Below are positions 9,643 through 22,400 of a DNA stretch of 64,000 nt, in pieces. The stretch is from the NCBI RefSeq assembly GCF_032191835.1, contig NC_083234.1:45322001-45386000 (forward strand), read 5' to 3'. The first letter of the stretch is position 1; every line of letters begins with the position of its first letter. A model generated the notes under the pieces. It worked only from the letters and a program-made list of their open reading frames with translations, was not told the DNA's origin and did not search any database. The stretch comes from Heteronotia binoei. Lineage: Eukaryota. A program made the translations under genes and the position numbers.

Positions 9643-12600
9643 CACAATAATACAGACTGATACACAATAATACAACTTACCTAAACCAGCCTGCAAATCA
9701 GCACTTTCATAGAATCATCCCAAGCCTCATCACTCTTTATAAGATGTTTTAACAATATAGTTGTTCAAGAACATTTCAAGTCACATGTCATGTTTTGCTT
9801 CTTAGAGGTGACCATGTCATTTGCCTGTCCTTCTGACTAGACTAGTGTGTTTCATTCATGTACCACTTTTTCAGATCTGCAACTATTTTGATGTGGTTTG
9901 CTATCCCAAAAAAGGACAAAATTGAAAGCGGGCTAGGAGCAGTCCCTAAATGGACTATTTATCCTCCCTTGGCTACTACCTAATTCTGCTCTTCAATGAG
10001 AAAATTTCTCTGCTGTTCTAATCCATCCCAATCAGCATCCCACCCCTTAAGGTACAACTTTATACCTTGCACTGACTAACTCAGGCTGAATGAATGGTAC
10101 ATTGTCAAAATAATTATTTTCCTCTTCACTTGTTTCAATAAATCGGCCTAGTGAAAGATAGCTACTTCAATCTACACAAAACATTACATGGGACACTAGT
10201 CAAGGCCCATCCTCCCCGCCACCACTTGCTCCCAAGCTGAATAGAGTTCCCATGTGTTTGAGAAGTCAGTTCCCCAATGCCACAATTAAAAGGAACACAG
10301 AAGGGATTGGGGGAATCTGAATGCTATTCATGTCAGAGGTAATATCTGGTTTGGGCCTCACTATATGCCACCTCAGCACTTTGAGCATACCCTGGACAAG
10401 AAACCACAAGAATTTCCACTGCTACAAGATCTTAACAGATGCTGGCTTTGAAAGGTACCAGTGATGCACACTGAATGCAATAATGAGACTACGACCACCA
10501 TATAAGAGCTAGATCAGGGTCCAGTAGCACCTTAGAGGCCAACAAGATTTTTGGGGCATAAGCTTTTAAAAAGCTTCCTACAAAGCTCCCTTCATCAGAT
10601 ACCTCCAACATGCAGACCAATATGGCTACTCACCTGAAACTATGACCTCTATGTCTAGTACATGTCTCTACATCCATTGGTCTCAACATTTATCAGAAAA
10701 GCAGAATTAATCACAGCACTAGTGAAAGTTGAGCGTATCTGACTGAAGTGGCACTCCATCTAAGTTCTATTACTTCAGTGCAATCTAGCTTGCTCTGTAG
10801 TCCAAGTCCCCTTTGCATGCATCTCATCAACTAAGGCTGAGATTCTGAAAGGAGGTGAGTAACACTGGGCTTTCTGAGAGGATCAAAACCACGACAGCAA
10901 AATCAGACGAGTCCCTTCCTTCTCCAATATCAGCATCCTCCTGAGAGATGATTTGTGCAACAAAGGTGGCAGTGGAGGAGTGGGGAAAACAAACTTGTCT
11001 GTATACTTTAAAAAGTTCACACACTTGACTCAGTATATAGATGTACTCCTGTGGAAGAATATTAACCGGTATTCTTGGATGTGGCCCACCAGTAAGCTTA
11101 CATCGTAAACCCAGCCACAGGGAGATACAAAAAGTATACTCATGCCCTATCGCACCCTCCTGTAACCCAAACTGGCACCATTTTAAAAAACATATTCTGC
11201 TATACGAAATCTTGATCCTAGGAATGTTTTTGTCTCATTGTATACTTAGGGGATGGTTGCTTATTTCTTTGATTGGGGGGTTGAGTTAAAGGAACATGTA
11301 CTATTTGATATTATATAATGCATTGAAAAAATGTTATAAATTTAAAATGAAAATAAACAGAATGGGGAAAAATGTATTCTGGAGTTTGTACACATTTCAG
11401 AATGTGTTTAAAAAACAACAACACCCCAGAAGTAGGAAGGGGTCACAGCACTTTTCAGGAAATGGCAACTTCCTGTACTGCTAGTTCTGCATCTTACTAC
11501 AAAATCAGAAATGTAAGAGCAAGTATTGAGGCTTTATACCACGTTAAATCTGTTCATCTTTAAGATGCTTCAAGGCTCTGTTGTTTAGAAAAGGCAGTAG
11601 TACCACTTTAAAAAAGAACTGTTAGACACTCAGTTGCCATGATACCAAACTGCCCTGGGGTTTGCACATCCTTTTCTTGTGTGGACTGTGACAGCTCTGC
11701 TGACTTCACAACTCTTCTGTGACTTCCCAGGTCTCTCATGCAGGCTATCTGAACAAACGTAAAAGTGGAGCCTTTTTTCACAAATGATGAAGTCCCTTAA
11801 CATCACACAAGTAGCATTTTAACAGTAAAGACTGGCTACAGCTATTTAATGATAAAATGGCAATCTGTGAATGCTCATTCACTTCTCACTCATCTCAGAT
11901 TTCAAAACCATGGCTTTATCTTGCAATGGTTTTCAAGGGCTGAAGTAGTTTAAACAAATCCATCCCACCAATGTAAGGGAGCGGCTAAGGAATCAGATTA
12001 GGGGGGATCCAAACTGAAACCAGCTTTTAGTCGTGAAGTGTCTTTGGGGTAGCAACACTGGGCTAGTCATACAAAGTCTAACCCACCTCTTGGGATTGTT
12101 GAGAGAATAAGATGCGGAACAACAACCCCCCCTTGCATATTACACCAAGTTCCTTGGGGAAAGAATCGCAACACAAATGGCATTAATAAATCTCTCAGCA
12201 ATCGTTTAGCACACCCATACCCTTTAGAAGCAACTAAGAACTAGTTCACAGATACAACTTCACCACTTACTGATCAAAGCACTAAAAGCAGCAACCTGCA
12301 CATGTGAACAATCGTTGTCAGTTCAAGACAAGATATGGAGGTTTTCTCTGCAACAATAAAAAATACTTTTAAAAGAATTTGCCCCACTGATTCTCAAAAT
12401 GCCAAGCCTTAAGAAACCCAGACAAAACATTCAGATAAGAGATCACTCACACGTGTCCGCAGCAGAATAACCCGAAAGAGACCATTAAAAACTTCACCTT
12501 ACAGTCTACGCACCGGTTAGGGCCTCTTGAGCTGGTCACTACCTTGCTTTGTGGCTGGTGAAACACCCAACACTTGTGCCCCCGCCGATGCCCCCATCGC

Positions 12601-12729
12601 CTCCAGCCCCCATCACACATACAAATGCCCTCCCTCCTAGAAACCTCTGTGACTTGAGACCTTGGCAACAACCCTCAGGCAAGCAAAAGGGCCAGTCTGA
12701 GGAAGCCCACTCTGCGGCAACTCATTTCC

Positions 12730-13500
12730 ATCAGCGAAGGGAGATGAACGTAGCCCAGGGGAACAACTCAGTGCGGCCCACTTTACAGGGTTGTTGTGAA
12801 AGCAGAATGGCTCCCGCGCCGCCTTACGGCGGGACAGAGATGCGAAAGGCAAATAAAGCATCTTTCAGCCAGCGCCGGGGAAAAGGCTCCTCGCCTAGGC
12901 TTCTCCCCAGGGACCTTCCCAGCCCCCATCTAGGCCAGCTTCCCCCTCCCCCGGTCGCCACCGAAGGGAAGAGGCACACGAAACGGCTCTCCTCCCTTCT
13001 GCTCCTCAAGACCGCCTCCCGCACCTCAAGGCCACCGACGACGAGGCCTCTTCTGTCCCTTCTTGTCAAGCTGAAGGTCTCGCCTGCTCCGTTTCCACGC
13101 AGGCGTAACGCTCAAGGGTCTCGCTCCAGCCCCGCCCCTTCTTTTCCAGAATGGCCCGCAGGGCGCAGGCGCGCGCATCATTCGACAACCACCGCTCCCC
13201 CTCCCCCCCCCCTGCCGTCACGCAGGCTTGTTGATGAGGTTCTCCTCTTCCCTACTGTTGTATGTTAATCGTCAAGCCCGGCAGGACCCGTTAGTCTGCT
13301 GCAACAAAAGGGTTGTGGTGTTGGGAGTCGGGTGGCTTTCTAACACAGATCTCCGCTTCGGAGGAAACGTGCAGAGGATTAAATTCATGCTGTAGTAAAA
13401 ATCCATTAAAGTGATCCCAAGATCGTGACGCTTGGCGTGTACTGCTAAGAAAAGATCGTGTGGACAAGCAGCGCATTCTTCAGTGTTTTAGGGCGCGGCT
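12730..13500 (-). promoter_or_regulatory. VDAC3: VDAC3 promoter CpG island with probable non-coding exon 1 (donor GAG|gtgcgg at 13024/13025)
   Basis: CpG/GC-rich stretch upstream of the first coding exon, with a GC box (cccgcccc, ~13130-13138) and an NRF1-like gcgcaggcgcgcgca (~13163-13177). Exact TSS not determinable. Confidence 0.7.
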
Positions 13501-13725
13501 GGAAGGCCCATGATACACCACCCTTGTTGAGTCTGGTCGATGCCTAGATGGGAGACTTAACCCAATGACACCGTCTACCCGACAGTAGAACAAAGGCAGG
13601 GGGTGGGGAGTACCTTTGACAAAAAATGCTTGTAACACTCCATTTCCTATTTCAAGGGTATTGCAATATTGGAATCATTCAAACGGAAAAAGAACCGGGG
13701 CGCTACACGTGTGTATGTAAGGGTA

Positions 13726-14003
13726 GAGAGCCGGTATGGTGTAGTGGTTAAGTGTGCACTCTTATCTGGGATAACCGGGTTTGATTCCCCACTCCTCCAC
13801 TTGCAGCTGCTGGAGTGGCCTTGAGTCAACCATAGTTCTCCTTGTCCTTGAAAGGACAACTGCTGTAAGAGCTCTCTCAATCCCCACCTACCTCACAGGG
13901 TGCCTGTTGCGGGGCTGTGGGGGGGGGGGGGAGAAGGTAAAGGAGACTGTGACTGCTTTGAGATTCAGATTATAGGGCAGGATATAAATCCAATATCTTC
14001 TTC
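13726..14003 (+). mobile_element. Squam3-type SINE
   Basis: Same consensus as the 9361 copy, forward orientation. Confidence 0.85.
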
Positions 14004-14215
14004 CTCCACCATAGCAAAAAGTCGAAGTTGAAATTCCTTTTTTGTAAGCTGAGTGTACTTTGCTATCAACTCTTCCACCAGTTTAAAAACCATGAGGGCG
14101 TTTGCGTTCCCAGTGCAAAAAATTGAATTGGTTTACTAGGACAGAATATCAGCTGTTGAATATATACCTGCAATGGCAGTCTGTGCTGCATGATGCCCCT
14201 AGTGTTTAGGTGCAT

Positions 14216-14949
14216 AAGAGAACATAAGAACATAAGAGAAGCCATGTTGGATCAGGCCAACGGCCCATCCAGTCCAACACTGTGTCACACAGTGGCAAAA
14301 AAATTTATATATACACACACACTGTGGCTAATAGCCACTGATGGACCTGTGCTCCATATTTTTATCTAAACCCCTCTTGAAGGTGGCTATACTTGTGGCC
14401 GCCACCACCTCTTGTGGCAGTGAATTCCACATGTTAATCACCCTTTGGGTGAAGAAGTACTTCCTTTTATCCGTTTTAACCTGTCTGCTCAGCAATTTCA
14501 TCGAATGCCCACGAGTTCTTGTATTGTGAGAAAGGGAGAAAAGTACTTCTTTCTCTACTTTCTCCATCCCATGCATTATCTTGTAAACCTCTATCATGTC
14601 ACCCCGCAGTCCACGTTTCTCCAAGCTAAAGAGCCCCAAGCGTTTCTTCATAGGGAAAGTGCTCCAGCCCTTTAATCATTCTAGTTGCCCTTCTCTGGAC
14701 TTTCTCCAATGCTATAATATCCTTTTTGAGGTGCGGCGACCAGAACTGCACACAGTACTCCAAATGAGACCGCACCATTGATTTATACAGGGGCATTATG
14801 ATACTGGCTGATTTGTTTTCAATTCCCTTCCTAATAATTCCCAGCATGGCATTGGCCTTTTTTATTGCAAACGCACACTGTCTTGACATTTTCAGTGAGT
14901 TATCTACCACGACCCCAAGATCTCTCTCTTGGTCAGTCTCTGCCAGTTC
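14216..14949 (-). mobile_element. CR1 LINE 3' fragment (ORF2 C-terminus plus 3'UTR) with 8-bp TSD AGGTGCAT
   Basis: ORFs contain HLEYCVQFWSPHLKKDI and RTRGHSMKL. Tail is (ttcttatg)n. AGGTGCAT occurs at 14208-14215 and 14950-14957. Confidence 0.95.
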
Positions 14950-16105
14950 AGGTGCATGAATTTACACAGATTAGACAAATACATATTCCAAGCAAAAATG
15001 TGCAGTACAATTAAGTATACTGAGTTGAACAGGGTTTTACTCCTAAGTATGCACAGGATTGCAGGATAACTTCTAGAATCGTGGGAAATGAGTCCTTGAA
15101 GAATTACCCCAATCAGGCATGCTTAATAAAATATTAACAATGGATTCAAAAGGTAGATCCAGATGGGCAGCCCTGTTGGTCTAAAGCAATAGAACGAAGT
15201 AGGAGTCCAGTAGCACCTTTAAGATCAACAAAGTTTTATTCAGAATGTAAGCTTTCGTATGCATGCACACTTCTTCAAACAAGGAATGAGGTACAGATGC
15301 CAAGCAGTAGGGGATGACTCATGAAATTCTCATTATGATTATATGTACAGAGCATTATTTGATCAGGCTATTGGTCCATTTTAATTCACTGTTGTCTTCT
15401 CCGACTGGTAGCTCTTGGAGACTCAGGCACAAAAAAAGGCCATTCTGTTGTTTGGGATCCTTACAACTAGGTTTGTCAGGGACTGAACCACAATCTTCTG
15501 TATATAACACAATGCTCTGTCACTGATCCAAAATCCTCCTTACAGTGCCTTATATTAACTTTGGCTTTGTAAAATGACTATACTGGTTCTACATTAATAA
15601 CATAAGTGGTGTTATATAGTAGAGAGAAAAAGTGATCTGCAATTTTTTAAATGATTTCGTGGAGGGTGAACTAGTAAATTGGTACCATCCAGTATTGTTT
15701 TAATCAGAACACAATATATTGATAAGGTTTCTGATAGTATTATGAACTAAGAAAGTACTGGAATATTTGAATAATTGTCTTATTCTAGATAAGATATGGA
15801 CAGAATTTGTATTGTTCTCTATTGTTTCTTCCATTCTAGTTCTTGAGGAATTCTGAATTTTGGCACTTAAGTCAACAGCTTTTTGTTTATTCTGAAGTTA
15901 TTCCCTTCTTAAAGCGTTAAACATTATGAAATATTAGCAATACAAATTTAAGCTGTTTATGTACTTTTACAGCTCTTGATGCTTTGTAACTGTTCAGTAT
16001 ATTTCAATAGTTTATTTGAAAAAGTTTAAAAAGTATTGTTTTAATGGTAGCCAGTTTTTCAAGCTGCCAACAGCAACAGAAACAAAGTGTGTGTGTTAAG
16101 TGCTG

Positions 16106-16398
16106 TCCCCCATGGCGCAGTGTTAAAGCTGCAGTACTGCAGTCCTAAACTCTGCTCACGACCAGAGTTCGATCCCCAGCAGAAGCTGAGTTTTCAGGTA
16201 GCCGGCTCCAGGTTGACTCAGCCTTCCATCCTTCTGGGGTTGGTAAAATGAGTGCCCAGCTTCCTGGGGGGGAAGTGTAGATGACTGGGGAAGACAATGG
16301 CAAACCACCCCATAAAGTCTGTCGTGAAAATGTTGTGAAAGCAACGTCACCCCTGTTGGAAACGACTGGTGCTTGCACAGGGCACCTTTCCTTTTCCT
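16106..16398 (+). mobile_element. Sauria SINE (Squam1)
   Basis: tggcgcagtgttaaagctgcagtactgcag head; BovB-like tail acctttccttttcct. Confidence 0.85.
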
Positions 16399-16399
16399 A

Positions 16400-17135
16400 A
16401 GTACTGTCAAGTTGCTTCCAACTTTTGGTGACCCTATGAATAACTTCCAAAGCATCCTATTGCTAACAGCCTTGCTGGGGTCTTGTATACTGAGGACCAT
16501 GGCTTCCTTGAGTCAAGCCATCTCATGTTGATCCCTCCCCTTTTCCTACTACCTTCAACTTTTCCTAGTATTATTGTCTTTCCCAGTGACTTGTTTTCTC
16601 CTAATGTAACCCAAATACAATAGCCTCAGCTTCATTTTAGCTTTTAAAGAGGTCAGGCTTGATTTGATGTAGAACGCACTTTTTTTGGTGGTCCACAGTA
16701 TTAAAAAAACTCTTCCAAGACATTTCAAATCAATCAACTTTCTTCCGGTTGTTTGTTCATTACCATCCATAGTAATGCAGAATACAAGTATGAGTTACCT
16801 TGATCTTGGTCACCAGCAGTGACACATCCTTACACTTAAGGATCCTTTCTAGTTCCTTCATGGCTACCCTCCAATATCAATCCTTCTTGGTTGCAGTCTA
16901 CCTTTTGGCTGATGGAGCAAAGGAATAAGTCTTGAACAATTTCAACTTTTTTCATCACCAACCTTAAAGTTGCATAATTTCCCAGTGGCCATTACTTTTT
17001 TCTCTTGATGTACTGCTTTAACTTTTTATCAGTTGTTTCAGGTCTTCACTATTTTCTGCCAGGAATATGGTGTCATTTGCATATCTCAAATTAATATTTC
17101 TTCCACCAATTTTCACTCCGCCCTCACCTAAATCT
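16400..17135 (-). mobile_element. Degenerate RTE-BovB LINE RT/3' fragment
   Basis: Reverse strand near 17050-17120 encodes GVKIGGRNI..LRYANDTIFLAENSEDLKQL (YADD motif decayed). Confidence 0.8.
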
Positions 17136-18455
17136 GTTTGATATGAAATACTAATAATAATCAAATTTGTCTCTCCCATTTGTGTCAGCTCTCTTGGCAG
17201 AAACCTAGGATATACTTTTAACTAAATGGATAAAATATTTTATATACTGTATTTCAGCTATATATTCCAAATAAATGCAATGTTTTTTTTAAAAAAGACA
17301 CTCACAAAGAAAGATCTCCATGACTAAGATATTCTGTCCAATGAAGATGCTGCTATCCAGTCGGGGGTGGGATCTTGTTTTCAAGGATCTTCCCGCCCAC
17401 CCCATTTATTGTCAAATCTGTCAATTACAGGTGCAAAACTTGGGACTGTGCACCCAGCAACTGTCATGTACTCATTACGAAGCTGGCATTTTAATACTTC
17501 AGAAGCCCAGTACTGAATCCTTGTACTCCCTGTGTAAGGCCCATGCAGCACAGTTATCATTGCATAGGCAGAGGTCTAGTGCCACTTCAAATTTTATTCC
17601 AGCATCAGTGTTCATAGATTAGAACTAAATTCTCTAAGCTGTCAATAGCCTCCCAAATACCCTATCTGCAATGACAAATGCAATTACATCTGTGAAAGTC
17701 AACATGTATCAGTGGATTGCATTGGAAGAATTACTCCGATAAAACCAAATAAGGAACAGATTTTGAGATGACAACTCATGTCCATAAGGAAGACAGCACT
17801 CAGTTGTCATTCACTCCTTTGCACTATTTTGGATATAGTAACAGACTGCTTGGTATTCTTGATAGCTAACAGGCAGGAGTGCTTGGAGAGCCTTGTAGTA
17901 AACCAGTCTGGAACACATAATGAAATGTTCAAGAGGCAGAATGGGCTATGTACTGCTTCAGATTTGGGGGCGGGGGGGGGGAGATATTTTTACACCAGGC
18001 CTGCAAACATGTCACATTGATCTGATTACTTGAACATATGCTTATGCGCTTATCAGATGTGGTATATGCTCACCTGCTTCCCTAGACAAGTCTGCAGGAA
18101 TGCCTCTATATATTTCCATGTTTGAGACCACCACTGGTCCCCACCTTCCTGCCTTGTCCCAATTTGAAGTTCCATGCTATGTAGTTTCTAAGGGCTGCTA
18201 AGCTTGCCAGCTGTAGGTCTGCAAAGTCCTAGAGAGTATCAAATTTTGGACTGAGGCAGCAATGCTAGGTATACTTGTGTACACTTTATTTGGTTAGTAG
18301 TCTTTCTGTGGCAGCAGGAATCTGATAGCGCCTTAAAAGACTAAAAACATATGTGCCAAGTATGAACCTTCGAGTCACTGCTCGTTTCTTCAGTTTGACT
18401 CCTAAAGTACATACCGAGCCACAATTTGTTAGTCTTTTACGCTATTGGACTAAGG

Positions 18456-18710
18456 CAGGGGTGGCCAAACTTGCTTAATGTGACAGCCACACGTCAGATG
18501 TTTGAAGGAAAGAAAGGCAGGCAGGCAAATAGATGGGGGAAAGCAAGCAACTTTAAATGCATTTTCCAAGCCTCCAGCTGACTTGGAGAAGTGATTTAAA
18601 GAGACAAACGCCTTCTCTAAATTGGGCAAAGGGGTGGCAGGGGCTTCAAGAGCCACACAATATATGTGAGTCACATGTGCCTCCCAAGCCATAGTTTGCC
18701 CCCCCGCCCC
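18456..18710. mobile_element. hAT-like MITE (caggggtggccaaac end)
   Basis: Left TIR caggggtggccaaac; degenerate right TIR gtttgcccccc. Confidence 0.65.
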
Positions 18711-21090
18711 CCAGAATAGGGGGGTTCTCCTGAAAAGTAGACTGTTTTGAATGCTGCTGCTTCTCAGCACCAGAGGACAGCACAATACCCTTCAACAAGC
18801 CAGAGACCTGCTGGAAGGTGATAGAAAGTACCATCAAGTGGCAGCCAACCTATGGCATTCCTATGGGATTTCAAGGGAAGAGACATTCAAAGTTTGTCAG
18901 TGCCTGCCTCTGCATAGCAACCCTGAACATCCCTGGCAGTCTCACATCCAAACACTAACCAGATCCAATGCTGCTTAGTTTCTGGGATCAGGCTAGCCTG
19001 AGCCATCCAGATCAGGATAATACACCTACCTTGGTATGGGAAGTCATCAAATTGAATCTGAACCTCATCTTTGCAGATGCCGGTGTAACTAGTTAATAAT
19101 GGCAAAATGGCAGCCTTTCCCAGTCCACCACAATCACTGAAGACCTACAGCCTATTTTAGGACCTCTTTCCTCTCCATCCATTGAGATCAATGAACGCAG
19201 CTTTGCTGTGTCCTCATTTGCCTAACTTGGAAGGTAAAGCCATTCCAACATTAATACATTCTTTTTTAACCTGACAAACTGTCTTACCTGCACAATGGTT
19301 GCCAAATAAGTATACATAGCATTGCTGCCTCAGCCCAGAACTTGAACTTTAATGCAGTTTTTAGATATGCAATTCTTGTTTTGTGCAGGAGGCTAGAAGA
19401 GGTGTGCAGATTTCAGTGCTTATACATACTGAAAAATTATGTGAACTGACTTCAGTAATGGACCTAGAAAGACAAATGAGTGGGAAGTTGCCCCAGACAA
19501 TTCTAACACACCTCAGGCTTAAAGCATGCAGCACGGCTACAGGCACTTTCAGTTAATACCAGCAAGAGTGCTGCTGATCCATGTGTGTTCAAATGGCAGG
19601 TTAACAAGCACAGGGGCAAAGCTGCGAAGCTAGGCTTTACAAGTATGGTTTCACACTAAATCAGAGTAGCAGTCCTAATGAAAGGTCCAATCTAGGCCAA
19701 ATACTACACCAGAGAAAGTGTCATATATATGTTTGGCCAGTCAAGACAACTTCTGCAAAAGCTGCTTAAAAGCTTCAGAAAAGGGGCTCATTACACAGGT
19801 TGCAGCTCATTAGAACAAGAGGCTGGGGTCTGCAATCTGTGTCAGGCTAACCCCCTCCCAAAAGCAGGCTTCAGAAATCTGCCAGGTAGTTAAGTGCTCA
19901 GCTCCACCTGACAGACATAAAAGACAGATCTGTTCCAATGTTGTTCCATACTGTAATGCTGGTTCTGCTTCAACTATAAGTCTGTAGGACATAGTCCAGA
20001 GATTTCAATTGTCCAAGAAGGAAGCAAGGATAGAGAATTACCAATGGCTCCTAGTCAAAGGAGTCTTGAGGACGGCCCCTCCCGCAGCCCAATCATACAA
20101 AAACAAACCCACAACTTACCATTAATATAATAAAACACATCGTCACGTGCACTTTTCCCATTCCAGCCCTCACATTTGTATTGTAACCTTTCTCCAGTAA
20201 GCTCAAGAAGTGTATGTGGCCTCTAAATAAGCAACATATTGACTGGGCCAAAGTCACTTCTCAAAAACAGGCCCACTAAATTCATAGCCAGCTACCAGCA
20301 CCCCAAGCTTATGGTGTTATGGGATTTTGTCACCACAGCACCCTACCCCTCCAGAAGTCTCCAAGGCACCCTCTGAGCTTATAAGGGACGGTATCATGAG
20401 ATTAGTATCTACAAACAAGGTTTAAAGGGCATCCTGCCTATAACTGTCAATATTCTGCTAGAATGCTTCACTGTATTGCAGTCTTAAGGTGCTCTTAGTT
20501 CCTGACAGACTGAAACAGGGACCCTGGAGACATGCCATAAAACATGCCTCAACCCTCCACACCATATAGGAGGGTCTTCAGTAGGCAAGCTTGGAAACTT
20601 TGCACTAGTCGTTCAAGTCGTTGTATCAGCAGATGTTTCCTTGTTCCTATACGAAGGCAGAGCCATCTACAGTTAAAACACTTGCACAATACAGCTTCCA
20701 GCTATGAACTTGGTAAATGAAATCTAGCAGCATTCCTCACTACATATTTTTAAAGGCTGCCAAGTACAGTAACAACCCACTTAATTTATAATTGCTTTTA
20801 GACATAATGTTCTCGTAGTATTTATGAATGACCTGTTCTCTAGGAGTCAAAATTTTGAGCAGCCTGAAACCATCTCCAAAAAGCTCTGCCCAACTGACCT
20901 GGCTTTGGGCCAGGATGTAGAGTGCAGTCTGCATCTATAGAATCCTACTGATCCGCATTGCTTCATCTTCCTGTACTGGCCTTCTTAAAAAAGGCTCCCC
21001 ACACACCTTTGTTCAAGTCAGTGGCCATTTTTCTGACCCTCACTTGCCAAACACAGAACATACAGACAAAGTTGAGATAGAACCTACCAC

Positions 21091-21096
21091 TTTATT
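21091..21096 (-). terminator. Probable MAT2A polyadenylation signal AATAAA
   Basis: First minus-strand AATAAA after the stop codon that I could find. It is followed ~20 nt later by a GU-rich element (tgtctgtatgttctgtgttt) and implies a 3'UTR of ~1.39 kb. Confidence 0.8.
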
Positions 21097-21209
21097 GAGA
21101 TCTTCAATCAACTTGGAATTTCATGAACCAGACATACGTAATAAACACCCAGAAGTGGATCGCAAAAGGCACTTCCTGCTTAGGACACTGACCATGGGAT
21201 GGGCAGGTA

Positions 21210-21245
21210 AACAAGCTAGCTTCTCTGTACAACACCAGCCAAGTT
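21210..21245 (-). promoter_or_regulatory. MAT2A 3'UTR distal METTL16 hairpin (...GCUGGUGUUGUACAGAGAAGCUAGC...)
   Basis: Nonamer at 21221-21229; GCUGGU/GCUAGC stem. Confidence 0.93.
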
Positions 21246-21321
21246 AGCCCTCCCAAGGTCAGCCACCTTAGCACTTGCCCTCCCCTGTTTTACACAAGCC
21301 AGACCCCCTGTAGGTTGTGAC

Positions 21322-21348
21322 CCAAGGCTTTTCTGTAGGACACCTTGG
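21322..21348 (-). promoter_or_regulatory. MAT2A 3'UTR METTL16 hairpin, UACAGAAAA variant (CCAAGGUGUCCUACAGAAAAGCCUUGG)
   Basis: Nonamer variant at 21329-21337; CCAAGG/CCUUGG stem. Confidence 0.93.
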
Positions 21349-21418
21349 CCTAGCAGGGAATACTGGAAACTCAAGGAATTTGTGGTGTCAAAAAGAAAGT
21401 TTAAAAGCTGCCATTTGA

Positions 21419-21449
21419 GACAAGGGCTTCTCTGTACTCACACCCTGTC
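21419..21449 (-). promoter_or_regulatory. MAT2A 3'UTR METTL16 hairpin (GACAGGGUGUGAGUACAGAGAAGCCCUUGUC)
   Basis: Nonamer at 21428-21436 with a long stem. Confidence 0.95.
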
Positions 21450-21533
21450 CCAAACACAATAAATAAGCAATTATAAAAAAAACTTCAAGTATGTAGGGTT
21501 TCTCCCCGCTTCCTTTCCAAATGCACTTGTGTT

Positions 21534-21576
21534 CTGAAGAAAGCTGGTTTCTCTGTAGCTACACCACTAACTTCAG
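21534..21576 (-). promoter_or_regulatory. MAT2A 3'UTR METTL16 hairpin (CUGAAG...GGUGUAGCUACAGAGAAACC...CUUCAG)
   Basis: Nonamer at 21549-21557; GGU/ACC upper stem and CUGAAG/CUUCAG lower stem. Confidence 0.95.
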
Positions 21577-21703
21577 AATGCAATTTGGACCTGATTTGAA
21601 AACTTAAACCCTGGGAGTTTTGTGCAACATGGATTCCTTGGCTTTTCTGAAGAAAAATAATTCCAGGTGCCAAAGTATGCAGCCTACAGACCTTGGATAC
21701 ATC

Positions 21704-21733
21704 CCTGTGATTTCTCTGTAATACATCACGAGG
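21704..21733 (-). promoter_or_regulatory. MAT2A 3'UTR METTL16 hairpin (CCUCGUGAUGUAUUACAGAGAAAUCACAGG)
   Basis: Nonamer at 21712-21720, closed by a GUGAU/AUCAC stem. Confidence 0.9.
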
Positions 21734-22400
21734 TTGGCCAAGTGCCTGTTCTGATAAAAGTTGGTGAGGTTTGGCTAGTGCTAAAACCATGCATAGGATC
21801 TCTTTTAAAACCTTATTACGTACATCCTCCAAGAAGACAGAGTAGGGAAATGATTAAAATATGGTGCTGACTTAAGAGCATAATACCATGGGTTGTCAAA
21901 CCAGATCTGCCTCTGTATAAAAACCACACCATACTGGAGCTCCAGATGGAACTTGTGCTGCATGCAAGGCTATCTGGTAGGAAGATGGCTCACATGAGAA
22001 CTACTTAGCTGGAGGAAAGTGGGCTTTACATTCTCAGTGGAGCCAAGTCATTGCATCATACTGGTCTATATATTTGAACAGAGACTATGTGGAACCACAG
22101 ACTGTGCATGTTACAGTGGAAGTTTCTTTTTCACTGTTTTAAGGAAAGGAGTCCTGTTAGGTTTTGGGAGAACAAAAATATTAGACTGAAGCACTGTTGA
22201 TTACAACCTGTTCCTCTCTACATTATATTGACAACTCCTATGTTCAGCTGGCTCTACTTGTATGTCAAGAAAGAGGGAAAAGCACAGTGCAATTTGTGGT
22301 CCCCATAGGAATTAATATGCCTGGCAATGGACAGTGTGCACCAAGTTAAGAGCAAAGAAGGACAGGACCAGTTTAGGGAAGAGAGCTCTTTCCCACAGAG

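Noticed and set aside
12549-13268. 239-aa plus-strand ORF
   Set aside because: Pro/Arg/Ser-rich product typical of a GC-rich CpG island, antisense to the VDAC3 promoter, with no recognisable domain.
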